This document shows positions 39,501-48,197 of a stretch of DNA of 64,000 bases, one piece after another; within the stretch, counting starts at the first letter, position 1; each line of letters starts with the position of its first letter. The notes beneath the pieces were generated by a model. It ran no database searches and had not been told where the DNA came from. It worked only from the letters and a program-made list of their open reading frames with translations. Origin of the DNA: Spirochaetia bacterium (lineage in GTDB: Bacteria > Spirochaetota > Spirochaetia > CADAEX01). The stretch lies in the NCBI GenBank assembly GCA_963662795.1, contig OY759746.1, positions 832,001 to 896,000 of the forward strand, given 5' to 3'. The translations under genes and the position numbers were made by a program.

Positions 39501-41034
39501 TGAAAACCGTGCATCTTGATCCAAGGTGTGACGGATTTTCCGAGAGGAAGGCAAGTTCCGCAATCCTTTCAACAGCAACACCGAGCGACTTGGCGTAGGT
39601 TTCGACAAAAGAGCCGCACCCGGCCGAGCACGCTTCGTTAAGGACAATGCCTGTAACAATCCCCTTTTTCAGGCTGATGGCTTTCATATCCTGACCGCCG
39701 ATATCAAGGATAAAAGTTACATCAGGAACAAAAAACTGAGCCGCTTCTGCATGGGCAACTGTCTCGACAGTGTGATAATCAGCAAGAAAGCCTCTTGCGA
39801 AAAGCATCTCCCCGTAACCGGTTGTTCCAAGTCCTAAAACATTAAGGGTAATCCCCCTGCTTTGGTATTTTTCATAAAGTCTTAAAAGAGCATATTTAAT
39901 TACTTTAAGCGGTTCGCCGTGGTTACCGGAATAAAAACTGTCTACCAGGCGACATTCCTTATCAATAAGAACAAATTTGGATGTTGTAGAGCCTGCGTCA
40001 AGTCCGATATAAACATCAAGAGATGCGGTACCTTCAGGAATTTCATATAATTCCCTCCCCTTTTCACTGTTATGACGGGTGAAAAAAGCTTCTTTTTCCT
40101 CATCATTCTCAAAAAAAAGCAATCCCGGGCCGGAATGCTGCGTATCCCCGTTCACTCCTTTTGTGTTCAGTTTTGATACTATACCAGAAACAGGGAGGCC
40201 TTCCCCGGCAGAGGAGAACATAAAATCTATCGAAAGCGCTGCCCCGTAGGCGACAAGAATTTCAGGTTTTTCAGGTATAACAACATCATCCTCACCAAGT
40301 GAAAGCCTTTCCTTGAAAACACTTACAAGTCTCCTGTTAAAGGTCAGCGGGCCGCCGACAAAAATGACTTTCGGCTTTATCTCCATACCCTGGGCAAGGC
40401 CGCCTATGGTCTGCTTGACTATTGCGTGAAAAGTGGAAAGGGCGATATCTTCTACTGAAACTCCGTGATTCAGAAGGGGCTGTATATCTGTTTTGGCAAA
40501 TACACCGCACCTTCCTGAAATGTCATAAACTGTTTTTCCTTTTTCGGAAAGTGCTGCAAATTCCTCTGTCCTGATTGACACCAGTTCAGCCACCTGGTCT
40601 ATAAATGCACCTGTCCCCCCTGCACAGCTTCCGTTCATCCTCATGTCGGAGGCTATAAGCTGATTTGTGTCCTCATCCATAGTAAAAAAAATAACCTTGG
40701 CATCCTGTCCGCCAAGTTCTATGGAAACCCGCACATCTTTATAGTATTTTCTTATCACAAGTGAATTGGCGACAACCTCCTGTATATAGAAAGCGTCAAG
40801 TTTTTTTGATATCGCCATCCCTCCGCTGCCGCATACCGCAATAACAAGTCTTGCATCCGGAAAGATGCGGCCGAAATCTTCAAGCATCAGGCTTAGTGTC
40901 CCGGAAAGGTCTGCATTATGCCTTCTGTAATCAGAGTAAATGAGATTATTTGTATTTGGATCTGCTATTGCGATTTTTACTGTAGTTGATCCGATATCTA
41001 TTCCGGCGTAAAGCTTATCGCTCTCTTTTTTCAT
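36526..41034 (-). CDS. Fused 2-hydroxyacyl-CoA dehydratase activase/reductase family protein (two BadF/BadG ATPase domains, DUF2229, HgdD-like); PlsA/Ger-like
   Basis: GIDIGSTT...MNGSCAGGTG...RCGVF, GLDAGSTT...NEACSAGCG...RCTVF, CFPAK, SFGCGHDA, DICYPA and QPFGCLPNH. Confidence 0.85.
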   Translation of the reverse strand: MKKESDKLYAGIDIGSTTVKIAIADPNTNNLIYSDYRRHNADLSGTLSLMLEDFGRIFPDARLVIAVCGSGGMAISKKLDAFYIQEVVANSLVIRKYYKDVRVSIELGGQDAKVIFFTMDEDTNQLIASDMRMNGSCAGGTGAFIDQVAELVSIRTEEFAALSEKGKTVYDISGRCGVFAKTDIQPLLNHGVSVEDIALSTFHAIVKQTIGGLAQGMEIKPKVIFVGGPLTFNRRLVSVFKERLSLGEDDVVIPEKPEILVAYGAALSIDFMFSSAGEGLPVSGIVSKLNTKGVNGDTQHSGPGLLFFENDEEKEAFFTRHNSEKGRELYEIPEGTASLDVYIGLDAGSTTSKFVLIDKECRLVDSFYSGNHGEPLKVIKYALLRLYEKYQSRGITLNVLGLGTTGYGEMLFARGFLADYHTVETVAHAEAAQFFVPDVTFILDIGGQDMKAISLKKGIVTGIVLNEACSAGCGSFVETYAKSLGVAVERIAELAFLSENPSHLGSRCTVFMNSSIITEQKNGKKTEDILAGISRSIIENVFTKVVRISNFNDLGEKIVVQGGTFRNDAVLRAFEQYTGRNVVRAPYPGEMGAFGIALLVKKQMEEKAVSAGQAVPLSRFAGFEALKDLDYIKQPSMICSFCANHCSRTIISFTNGNNHITGNRCEKGEIVGNQESPDIKKRLKDTRERLDSVPDMVKLHNTLLMKEYPVKRVFSQELLKSNYRGRSAGRGKSRTLVNISDPGNALRPLRIGIPRTLEFWNSLPFWRTLFTALGFDVVVSSPSSYDIYEKGLQYIPSDTACFPAKLVHGHVEELASKGVDRIFLPMMVRLPRENNTAEGNHTCVMLQGYPMVVEKSSDLFTRTGIKIDTPIFHWYNEKLKNRQITSWFSSEFSLKGGAVKNAIEQGNCAMALFKAKMREEGSRVLSGLEGSSNFAVLLAGRPYHSDLLVNHSISRYFTSLGIPVLTLDSLPGLDKHDLSDVRMETTITFHTRMDGAAIEAALHPNLEIVQIVSFGCGHDAIISDEMARELKKRSSKEMLILKLDEGESAGPLNIRIKSFIETIRARRKKENADGASVKAVPFICEKKVIYTKKDRKEKIVLAPNLSPAFSLIFSSVMRKNGISIKPLPVADKRAIELGKKYVHNDICYPAQINIGEALAYLEKAEGAKTRFALGVAKNCEACRAGQYAALARKALDEAGYPEVPIVTTGKDTKGIHPGFKMTLKDQTRMLWGLTIVDTYEMMLRRIRPYETNKGLTDIIFNRHIKRLGENIHRGRNVLLGLLRDAVMDFNRIEIFADKRKPRVGIVGEILVNYHPAANCYIESYLELNGMEVVQPAMHDFFRKTAIIEKELGRRKMAPNSFFHYLVHDITDRIYDFVHTKIWGVIKREFRFHEHRGNIYNLVDNIKPFMDVTYIGAEGWKLPGEIMEMFASGVNSFVIMQPFGCLPNHITGRGMIKTLKKLCPGSQIIALDYDPDTSIGNVENRLQMLIINAREIENPDKIA

Positions 41035-42091
41035 CTTCCAGAAACACCTCTTCTATATGCTCTGCAAGGTCTGTGATATTTTCTTCCTGCTTAAACTGCT
41101 TTTTATTGTACATTTCGCTGTCAACTTTTGAAAGAACCTCTTCAGCTGTTTCCCCTTCCGCTTCACTGCATCCGATTGCAAGAGTAACTTTAATATCTGA
41201 TCCGCTGTTAAGCTTATCCATCTGTTCATTTATCCTGTCAATAATTTTGCAGGCATCATCACGGCCTGAATGAGGAAGTAGCACAAAAAACTCATCCCCT
41301 CCGAAGCGGAACACCATATCAGAGTCGCGGACGGATGAAAGCAGTATTTTAGAAACCGAGATCAGTACTTTATCACCTTCCACATGCCCATAGCTGTCAT
41401 TTATTTTTTTAAAGCCGTCAATATCGATAAATAAAAGGGAAAGCTCCGCCCCTTCTCTTTTTTTTCTTTTCAGTTCCTTGTCAAGATAAAAAAAGAGAAA
41501 CCTTCGGTTGTAAACGCCGGTAAGAGGATCGACATTTACCATCTTCCTTAAGCTGGAAAGATAATATGCTTTTTCTATCGCAATGGCTGCGAAGTCGGCA
41601 ATTGTTGTAAGAATTTTCAGATCATGGGCCGTAAACTGACTGCCGTCCAGCTTATTGATCAGCTCAATAACCCCAAAAACCTTTCCATTGGTTTTAAGCG
41701 GAACACCTATAATAGATTTAGTCTCGAATCCGCTCATTTTATCAAGTGAATTGTCAAATCTTTGATCTTTTTTTACATCCTCAATTATGATAGGCAGGGC
41801 ATTATCAGCTATCCAGCCCGTAATTCCCTTTCCCTTCTGTAGTTCTACCCCTGTAAGGGTGTCCGCGGCCTCGCCAACTACAATCACAAATTTGAGGTTG
41901 CCGGTTTTTCTGTTTACAAGAAGAAGCGACCAGTTATAAGGGGTAAAAATCATTCCTATATGATTCATTACCTGATTAAGTGTTTCCTTGATTGACCTGG
42001 AAGCGGCTATTGATTTACCTATATCCGTAAAAAAAGAAAGCCTTACAAGATCTTCTGTTATTTCTTTATCGATATTGAAAATATTGTTCAT
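41015..42091 (-). CDS. GAF-GGDEF diguanylate cyclase
   Basis: GAF domain, DPLTGVYNRR, intact GGDEF and an RDSD I-site. The stop overlaps the downstream start by 20 bp. Confidence 0.93.
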   Translation of the reverse strand: MNNIFNIDKEITEDLVRLSFFTDIGKSIAASRSIKETLNQVMNHIGMIFTPYNWSLLLVNRKTGNLKFVIVVGEAADTLTGVELQKGKGITGWIADNALPIIIEDVKKDQRFDNSLDKMSGFETKSIIGVPLKTNGKVFGVIELINKLDGSQFTAHDLKILTTIADFAAIAIEKAYYLSSLRKMVNVDPLTGVYNRRFLFFYLDKELKRKKREGAELSLLFIDIDGFKKINDSYGHVEGDKVLISVSKILLSSVRDSDMVFRFGGDEFFVLLPHSGRDDACKIIDRINEQMDKLNSGSDIKVTLAIGCSEAEGETAEEVLSKVDSEMYNKKQFKQEENITDLAEHIEEVFLEDEKRER

Positions 42092-42095
42092 GGAT

Positions 42096-42392
42096 TTAAT
42101 TCCCCTGACTGGATGAACCGGAAGTCAAATTCCGCTTCAACTCTTTTTTCATTCTTTTTATCTCCCTCTCCCTCACCGTAGCCTCTCCCCTGCCGTGCCT
42201 TTCTTCGTGATACACAATCTTCACCGGCCTTCTGCTCCTCGTATACCTGGCCCCTTTAATATCTGATGTATTATGCTCTTTTTCCCGTCTTTCGATATTA
42301 TTGGTAATACCTGTATAGTATGTCCCGTCAGAACATTCTGCGATATAAACATACCATAATTCTTTTCCCGATTCCAGATTGTCCCTCTTTAT
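42096..42392 (-). CDS. GIY-YIG nuclease family protein (UPF0213/YazA-like) with a non-canonical start (ATA 42392 or CTG 42377); absent from the ORF track
   Basis: Manual translation: WYVYIAECSDGTYYTGITNNIERREKEHN...KGARYTRSRRPVKIVYHEE...EATVREREIKRMKK. An in-frame TAA lies just upstream and no ATG/GTG/TTG precedes the motif. Confidence 0.85.
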   Translation of the reverse strand: MKRDNLESGKELWYVYIAECSDGTYYTGITNNIERREKEHNTSDIKGARYTRSRRPVKIVYHEERHGRGEATVREREIKRMKKELKRNLTSGSSSQGN

Positions 42393-42438
42393 ACTTGTTC
42401 CCCTGTTTGTTTATAATATAACTGAATTCGGAGAAATT

Positions 42439-42927
42439 ATGCCATTAAATATTGTTCTTGTCGAACCTGAAATACCCCAGAATACCGGGAATATCGCCCG
42501 AACATGCGCCGCCGCCGGAGCAGTCCTCCACCTGATTGAACCGCTCAGGTTCTCCATAGAAGACAGATACTTAAAACGCGCAGGGCTTGATTACTGGAGC
42601 CTTGTTGATATTCACCTTTACGGCAGCCTCGGGGAGTTTTTTTCCAGATGCAGGAGCGGTGACTTTTTTTATATAACAACAAAAGCTGAAAAATCATATG
42701 CAGAAGCAGAAATACCGGATGGCAGCTACCTTCTCTTCGGTAAAGAGACCAAAGGGCTGCCGGAAGAGCTTTTAAAGGCCAACTACGACAGGTGCATAAG
42801 GATACCTATGAAATCGGAGGCAAGGTCTCTCAACATCTCAAACGCGGCAGCCATAGTCCTTTATGATGCCCTTCGGAAACTGGAATTCCCCGGACTCAAG
42901 GCTGACGGAAAGCCCGGGCATTTTTAA
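42439..42927 (+). CDS. trmL: tRNA (cytidine/uridine-2'-O)-methyltransferase TrmL
   Basis: EPEIPQNTGNIAR, RAGLDYW, FGKETKGL and RSLNISN. ATG 42439 has a GGAG SD. Confidence 0.93.
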   Translation: MPLNIVLVEPEIPQNTGNIARTCAAAGAVLHLIEPLRFSIEDRYLKRAGLDYWSLVDIHLYGSLGEFFSRCRSGDFFYITTKAEKSYAEAEIPDGSYLLFGKETKGLPEELLKANYDRCIRIPMKSEARSLNISNAAAIVLYDALRKLEFPGLKADGKPGHF

Positions 42928-43026
42928 AGCTGATATTTTTTGCAAAAACCAGAGTTTAAATTACATTCAGCCGGGTCCCTTTTGATCATGCCTGGCTGCA
43001 TGCAGTACCGCTTTTAAAGTAACGTC

Positions 43027-43055
43027 TTTACTAATGGCAAAAAAAAATTTAACAT
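43027..43055 (+). promoter_or_regulatory. Putative promoter placing +1 on the azlC ATG
   Basis: TTTACT-17 bp-TAACAT, then 6 nt to ATG 43062; no SD. Confidence 0.45.
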
Positions 43056-43061
43056 GCCGAA

Positions 43062-43763
43062 ATGAATAAAATTCAGCAGACGACAGCTTTTCAGGCATTT
43101 AAGACAACCATTCCCGTCATGTTCGGCTATGTTCCCATCGGGATGGCATACGGCTTTCTTCTTGTAAAAACCGGGTTGCCCTGGTATTGGGCTCCGATTA
43201 TGTGCATCATCATCTTCGCGGGAGCTGCGCAGTTTCTGGCCCTCTCCCTGTTTGCTCAGCAGAAAAGCATAGCAGAGATGGCCCTTGCTGTTTTCCTCAT
43301 CAATTCAAGGCACATGGTTTACGGAATTTCACTGCTTGAAAGATTTTCACTGTTCAAATGGGCAAAACCCTATCTTATATACGGACTCACCGATGAAACA
43401 TACGCTCTTCTTACAACTGTAAATCCTCCGGAAGGATGCGACAGGGAAAGGTTTGATTTCCTGATTACGCTTTTCAACCAGTCCTACTGGACGCTTGGAA
43501 GCACTCTTGGAGCGCTTTTGGGGTCAGTAATTATGTGGGACGCGCCCGGTCTTGATTTTGCCCTTACCGCGCTTTTTATAGTGCTCCTTGTCGAACAGAT
43601 AAAGGCAATAAAACGCCCGGGCCCTTTTATTGCGGCCGCCACCGGCGTATTGATGTTTAATCTTCTGGGTTTTCCGGGACAGGCCCTGACAGGCGGGATA
43701 GTACTTGGATCGGCATCCTGTTTTTTCATGGTTAAAATGGTTAACAGTGGAGTAAAAAAGTGA
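43062..43763 (+). CDS. azlC: Branched-chain amino acid exporter subunit AzlC
   Basis: PVMFGY, FAGAAQF, INSRHMVYG, LTDETYA and DFALTALF. Confidence 0.92.
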   Translation: MNKIQQTTAFQAFKTTIPVMFGYVPIGMAYGFLLVKTGLPWYWAPIMCIIIFAGAAQFLALSLFAQQKSIAEMALAVFLINSRHMVYGISLLERFSLFKWAKPYLIYGLTDETYALLTTVNPPEGCDRERFDFLITLFNQSYWTLGSTLGALLGSVIMWDAPGLDFALTALFIVLLVEQIKAIKRPGPFIAAATGVLMFNLLGFPGQALTGGIVLGSASCFFMVKMVNSGVKK

Positions 43764-44077
43764 ATAAAGTATTAATTGCCGCGGCAGCAATGGGGTTTGT
43801 AACACTTTTGACAAGGGCATTTCCTTTTCTCCTCTTCTCCAGAAAGCATCCCCCTGAGAGGTTTCTCAAAGGGGCGCGTCTTATTCCGGGCGCGGTAATG
43901 ACAGTACTTGTTCTGACAAGCCTTCCGCTAAAAACCGGCGTTACGGATCCTGCGGTAATTATTCCATGGACCGCGGGATTATCTGTTGTCATTTTTCATT
44001 TCCTCTGGAAAAACGCGCTCCTGAGCATTTTCGGGGGGACAGCTTTTTATATGGCGCTGCTCCATTTTTTCACCTGA
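43760..44077 (+). CDS. azlD: Branched-chain amino acid exporter subunit AzlD
   Basis: TRAFPF and WKNALLSIFGGT; GTGA overlap with azlC. Confidence 0.88.
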   Translation: MNKVLIAAAAMGFVTLLTRAFPFLLFSRKHPPERFLKGARLIPGAVMTVLVLTSLPLKTGVTDPAVIIPWTAGLSVVIFHFLWKNALLSIFGGTAFYMALLHFFT

Positions 44078-44192
44078 AACACTTAAGCTTTAATATAAGG
44101 GAAACAATGCTGTATCAGGGAATATCCCCGCGGGTGACAGTTCCCGTCAACTATACTATACTGCATCCAAAAAACAGAAGGAGCCGGCATTT

Positions 44193-44606
44193 ATGGAAGA
44201 TAAAAAAATACTGATAACAAAAGAGGATGCGACGAAAGGGGTCCTGCACGGCAATGCAGGGACTTTCAGAATTTATATTGACGGGCCTAACTGCGGAGCC
44301 AGGAATTTCTCATTGCTGCAGAATACGATAAAGGCGGGAGCCACAGGCAGCAGCCATAAGCATGATGAGGAACACTGCTTCTATGTTCTTTCCGGAACCG
44401 GGACAATGAATATAGACGGTAAAGCCTATGAGATGCGGCCGGGCAGCGCTATATTCGTGCCGCCTAACGCAATGCATCAGCCTGTTGTCGATGAAGGTTC
44501 AGACCTTAACGTTATTGTAATCTACTCGCCCCCGGGCCCTGAGCAGAAGCTGCGCCATAAGCAGGCAAATGCCTTTGATGATACGGCAGCAGACAATTCA
44601 AAATAA
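44193..44606 (+). CDS. Cupin domain protein (paralog A)
   Basis: HKHDEEH..YVLSG and P..AMH cupin metal motifs. Confidence 0.88.
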   Translation: MEDKKILITKEDATKGVLHGNAGTFRIYIDGPNCGARNFSLLQNTIKAGATGSSHKHDEEHCFYVLSGTGTMNIDGKAYEMRPGSAIFVPPNAMHQPVVDEGSDLNVIVIYSPPGPEQKLRHKQANAFDDTAADNSK

Positions 44607-44627
44607 CCGGGCCGGTTAACTGCGGAG

Positions 44628-44659
44628 AAAAAAAAGGGGCCTCCTGACGGGGGCCCCTT
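44628..44659 (-). terminator. Rho-independent terminator between the convergent cupin genes
   Basis: AAGGGGCCTCC-TGAC-GGGGGCCCCTT hairpin with an A8 tract (U-tract for the minus strand). Confidence 0.82.
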
Positions 44660-44683
44660 AAAAATTCAATTAATTATGTAAAT

Positions 44684-45076
44684 CTATTTAGAATCGAAAG
44701 CGTGCGCCTGGTTTTCCTTAAGCTGCTGCTCAGGTCCCGGAGGAGCATAAATAACAACATAGGTCATATCCTCTTCAGGGTCTATATCCATCCTGTGGGG
44801 TACGCCTTTAGGGGTGAAGATGGCCATATTAGGCCCGATCCTGTGGGGCTCGCCGTTCATGTAGAAGGTGGCCTTTCCTGACAGTATATACCAGCAGTGT
44901 TCCACATCATGGAAATGTTCCTTTCCCGAAGCACCTGCCCTGCTGGTATTAACCAGCAGGGAGAAGTGCTCGGCGCCTCCCAGATCTTTATCAATAAGGA
45001 CCCTGAATATACCAGCACCCCCGTGCAGGACTCCGGTATGGGCCTCATCCAAAGAATATATCAGTTTTCTGTTCAA
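44684..45076 (-). CDS. Cupin domain protein (paralog B), last gene of the TAXI-TRAP operon
   Basis: HFHDVEH..YILSG and P.GVPH; TTG start with an AGGAG SD. Confidence 0.88.
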   Translation of the reverse strand: MNRKLIYSLDEAHTGVLHGGAGIFRVLIDKDLGGAEHFSLLVNTSRAGASGKEHFHDVEHCWYILSGKATFYMNGEPHRIGPNMAIFTPKGVPHRMDIDPEEDMTYVVIYAPPGPEQQLKENQAHAFDSK

Positions 45077-45097
45077 ATCCTTCTCCTTATTTTATGC

Positions 45098-47035
45098 CTA
45101 CCACACCTGCGGGGCAGCTTCGGTTTCTTTTACTCTGTAGTTGATAATACTAAGCCCTGCAAGAAGAACAATACCTGCAATATCTGTAGCAGGCATAGGA
45201 AGAAACAGCAGAAGAGCTGAAATTCCCAGGATAACCCGGTGTATTACGCTTGCCCTTTTAAGCCAGTATCCCTGCATCATTCCGGCAAAAGCGACAATTC
45301 CGATAGTACTGGTTATTACTGTTGCCCAGACTGCTCCAGCCGGCCCGTTAAGAAGAATCGGGGTATAGACGAAAAGCAGAGGAATTATAAACAGGGGAGA
45401 AGCAAGTCTCAGCGCGGCCCAGCCGGCGTCAAGAGGTTTGCAGTCGGCGATCGCAGAGGCTGCAAACGCAACCAGGCATACAGGGGGTGTAATTCCGCCG
45501 ACATTGCAGAACCAGAAAACCAGAAGGTGGGCGGCAATCATGTCTACGCCAAGGTTAACCAGGGCAGGCACTGCGAGTACTGCAAGCAGAATATAGGTAG
45601 CCGTTACAGTAACTCCCATGCCGATAATGTATCCAGCGACAGCTATCAGCAGTATTGTCGCGGGTAATAATCCGCCGGAAAGGGATATTATGAACTGGGA
45701 GAACTTCATTCCGAGGCCGGTCATTGAAACAATTCCCACGATTATCCCGATTACTCCGGCAGTTGCGCCGACAGTAAGTGAACTTTTTGCTGATTTATAG
45801 AAAGCTTCCATAATTCTTTTCGGCGTCATCCTGTTTTCCGGTGTAATCCAGCTTAGGGCTATGGCCGCGATAATTGACCAGAACGCTGCCAGCTGCGGAG
45901 AAAAACCCATCAGTATCATGGTAAAAATAATCAGGATGGGAAGAAGCAGATACCCTTCTCTCTTTAAGGTTTTACCAAGAGGGGGAATATCTTTTTTGGG
46001 AAGCCCCTTGATTCCTCTTCTTGCCGCGATAAAGTGAACCATCATCCCCACACCCAGGAAATAGAGAAATGCCGGAATAATGGATATTCTTACTATCTCT
46101 GTATACGGCGTTCTGGTAAAAGCCGCGATAAGAAACGCGGCAGCGCCCATGATCGGAGGCATAAACTGTCCTCCGGTAGAGGCTGCAGCCTCAATACCGG
46201 CAGCCGTATGCGCACGGTATCCAAGATTTTTCATGATAGGAATTGTGTAGGAACCGGTTATTACCGCATTGGCAGCGGATGAGCCGGTTACCGAGCCGAT
46301 AAGGCCGCTTGAGATAACAGCAACCTTGGCAGGACCTCCGCGGGCGCCGCCTGCAAGGGCGGTTGATATTTTCTCAATTGCCTTTCCGCCGCCTGCTGAA
46401 TCAATGAAAGAGGCAAAAATTATAAAAGGGAAAATATAGGTGGCGTAAGTGTTCATAACAACGCCCCAGATGCCTTCCATGCTGAAACCGACAAACTCGG
46501 ATATCCTGTCCAGTCCGAAACCGTAGTGTCCAAGCATACCCGGGACATACGGCCCGAAATAGGCATAAAGCAGGAATACAAGAGCCATGGCAGGAAGTAC
46601 ATAACCTACAACCCTCCTTGCCAGCTCAAGCGACAGGAGGATGACGAGCGCGCCGACAACAAGATGAATTGTGTCCGGATTGCCGATTTTTTTTATGGCA
46701 TAATTCGGATATATTACGATCCAGACAACGACAACAGCAATAGCCGCAAGAGCGAGCAGTATATCAAAAACTGATGGATTTTTATTCTTGTTTTTAATCG
46801 AGGACCTGTACATTAAAAAAGTCATTACCATCGTAAGGATATAGTAGATTCCCCGATGACTTTCTGTAGAGTACGAGCCGGTACCGCATGTGAACCAGTA
46901 AATAAAAGAGAAAAGCGCCCCTGTTCCAAACAGCAGATAAAACAGAGCCCTGTTCGCAGGCTCAACAGGCCTTCTGCGTTCAACCAGGGATTCTGCCAGC
47001 TTTTCCTTTTTCTTGTCTTTAATTTCATTTTCCAT
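45098..47035 (-). CDS. TRAP transporter fused permease (4TM/12TM, TAXI-type)
   Basis: RGGPAKVAV, GSSAAN, EAAASTGGQFMPPIMGAAAF and ITPPVCL. Confidence 0.93.
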   Translation of the reverse strand: MENEIKDKKKEKLAESLVERRRPVEPANRALFYLLFGTGALFSFIYWFTCGTGSYSTESHRGIYYILTMVMTFLMYRSSIKNKNKNPSVFDILLALAAIAVVVVWIVIYPNYAIKKIGNPDTIHLVVGALVILLSLELARRVVGYVLPAMALVFLLYAYFGPYVPGMLGHYGFGLDRISEFVGFSMEGIWGVVMNTYATYIFPFIIFASFIDSAGGGKAIEKISTALAGGARGGPAKVAVISSGLIGSVTGSSAANAVITGSYTIPIMKNLGYRAHTAAGIEAAASTGGQFMPPIMGAAAFLIAAFTRTPYTEIVRISIIPAFLYFLGVGMMVHFIAARRGIKGLPKKDIPPLGKTLKREGYLLLPILIIFTMILMGFSPQLAAFWSIIAAIALSWITPENRMTPKRIMEAFYKSAKSSLTVGATAGVIGIIVGIVSMTGLGMKFSQFIISLSGGLLPATILLIAVAGYIIGMGVTVTATYILLAVLAVPALVNLGVDMIAAHLLVFWFCNVGGITPPVCLVAFAASAIADCKPLDAGWAALRLASPLFIIPLLFVYTPILLNGPAGAVWATVITSTIGIVAFAGMMQGYWLKRASVIHRVILGISALLLFLPMPATDIAGIVLLAGLSIINYRVKETEAAPQVW

Positions 47036-47103
47036 AAAACGTTGATCCTTTTGAATATGATTTTAACAGGACATAATCAGGGTTTTAATTTCATGATAGA
47101 AAT

Positions 47104-47133
47104 AAACCCCGGAAATTAACATTTCCAGGGTTT
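47104..47133. terminator. Stem-loop between the TAXI binding-protein and permease genes
   Basis: AAACCCCGGAAAT-TAAC-ATTTCCAGGGTTT imperfect inverted repeat. Confidence 0.6.
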
Positions 47134-47159
47134 TCATGTTTAATTTGTTTTTATTCGGG

Positions 47160-48173
47160 TTATTTCATCTCAGGCGGAATGAGTGATTCAGGAACTGTCA
47201 AGCCCTTCTCACGGTAGTATTTAACAGCACCTGGATGAAGGGGAACTGGAAAAGTACTCATCTGATCAAGATATGGGCCGATTGTTTTAAGATTATGATG
47301 AATACTTGAAAGTTCCTTAAGGTTGGCAGGATCAAGTCCTATAACCATCATATCATAAACAGCCTTTTCTGAAAGATCCTTCTGAGCTGCCCAGTATACA
47401 AGGAAAGAGATACAGGGAGAATCCTCTTTTACAGAACTGTATGTTCCCGCTTTGATAACTGATTTTGAGTAGGATGGATATGCCGCAATAATTTTGGCAA
47501 AATCCGCATTTGACGGCGCAATCAGCTTGATCGGTCTCTGCGCATCAAGAGTTACTACAGCTGATGCCGGAGCGCTGCTTGCGCCAGCCGCATCTATTCT
47601 GCCGTCCTGCAATGCTCTTCCCGCATCTTCCCATCCCATGTAGCGGACATCAACTTTATCAAAAATTCCAAGAGCCTTTAGAATGTTCTCAGAGTTAATG
47701 GCTCCTCCGCTTCCTGTATTGCCCATTACTACCGATTTTCCTGCAAAATCCTGAAGCGTGTTAATATCGGTTTTACTTGCAAGTGTTACAAAGTGGTGGT
47801 GGCTTTCATAAACACCTGAAATGAGGCGGAAATTCTTGTAGGGGGTTTCTCCCTTGAATTCGCCTGCTCCTGTCCAGAGGTCTAGTGCTGTCATGGCATG
47901 GGTCAGCCATGTATCAAGCTGTCCTCTTGCCGCCTGCCTGTTGTTGTCTGCAGATCCGCCGGTTGAAACAGCGGTAATATTCAGATTAGGGTTTGCGCTG
48001 CTGATATATGAGGCAAATCCGCCTACAGTTGCGAACCATGATCCGCCCGGCGCGCCTCCGCCAAACCTGATAAATTCTCTTTTAGCTCCCTCTTTCTGTC
48101 CGCCTGCAAAGGCAAAAGATGATACAAGCAGCAGAATCAGAATTGAAACTGCAGTTTTCCCAAAAAATTTCAT
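47160..48173 (-). CDS. TAXI family TRAP transporter solute-binding protein
   Basis: GGGAPGGSW, STGGSADN, GNTGSGG and PLHPGAVKYY. Confidence 0.92.
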   Translation of the reverse strand: MKFFGKTAVSILILLLVSSFAFAGGQKEGAKREFIRFGGGAPGGSWFATVGGFASYISSANPNLNITAVSTGGSADNNRQAARGQLDTWLTHAMTALDLWTGAGEFKGETPYKNFRLISGVYESHHHFVTLASKTDINTLQDFAGKSVVMGNTGSGGAINSENILKALGIFDKVDVRYMGWEDAGRALQDGRIDAAGASSAPASAVVTLDAQRPIKLIAPSNADFAKIIAAYPSYSKSVIKAGTYSSVKEDSPCISFLVYWAAQKDLSEKAVYDMMVIGLDPANLKELSSIHHNLKTIGPYLDQMSTFPVPLHPGAVKYYREKGLTVPESLIPPEMK

Positions 48174-48197
48174 GAGATCTCCTTCAAATTGATTTGT

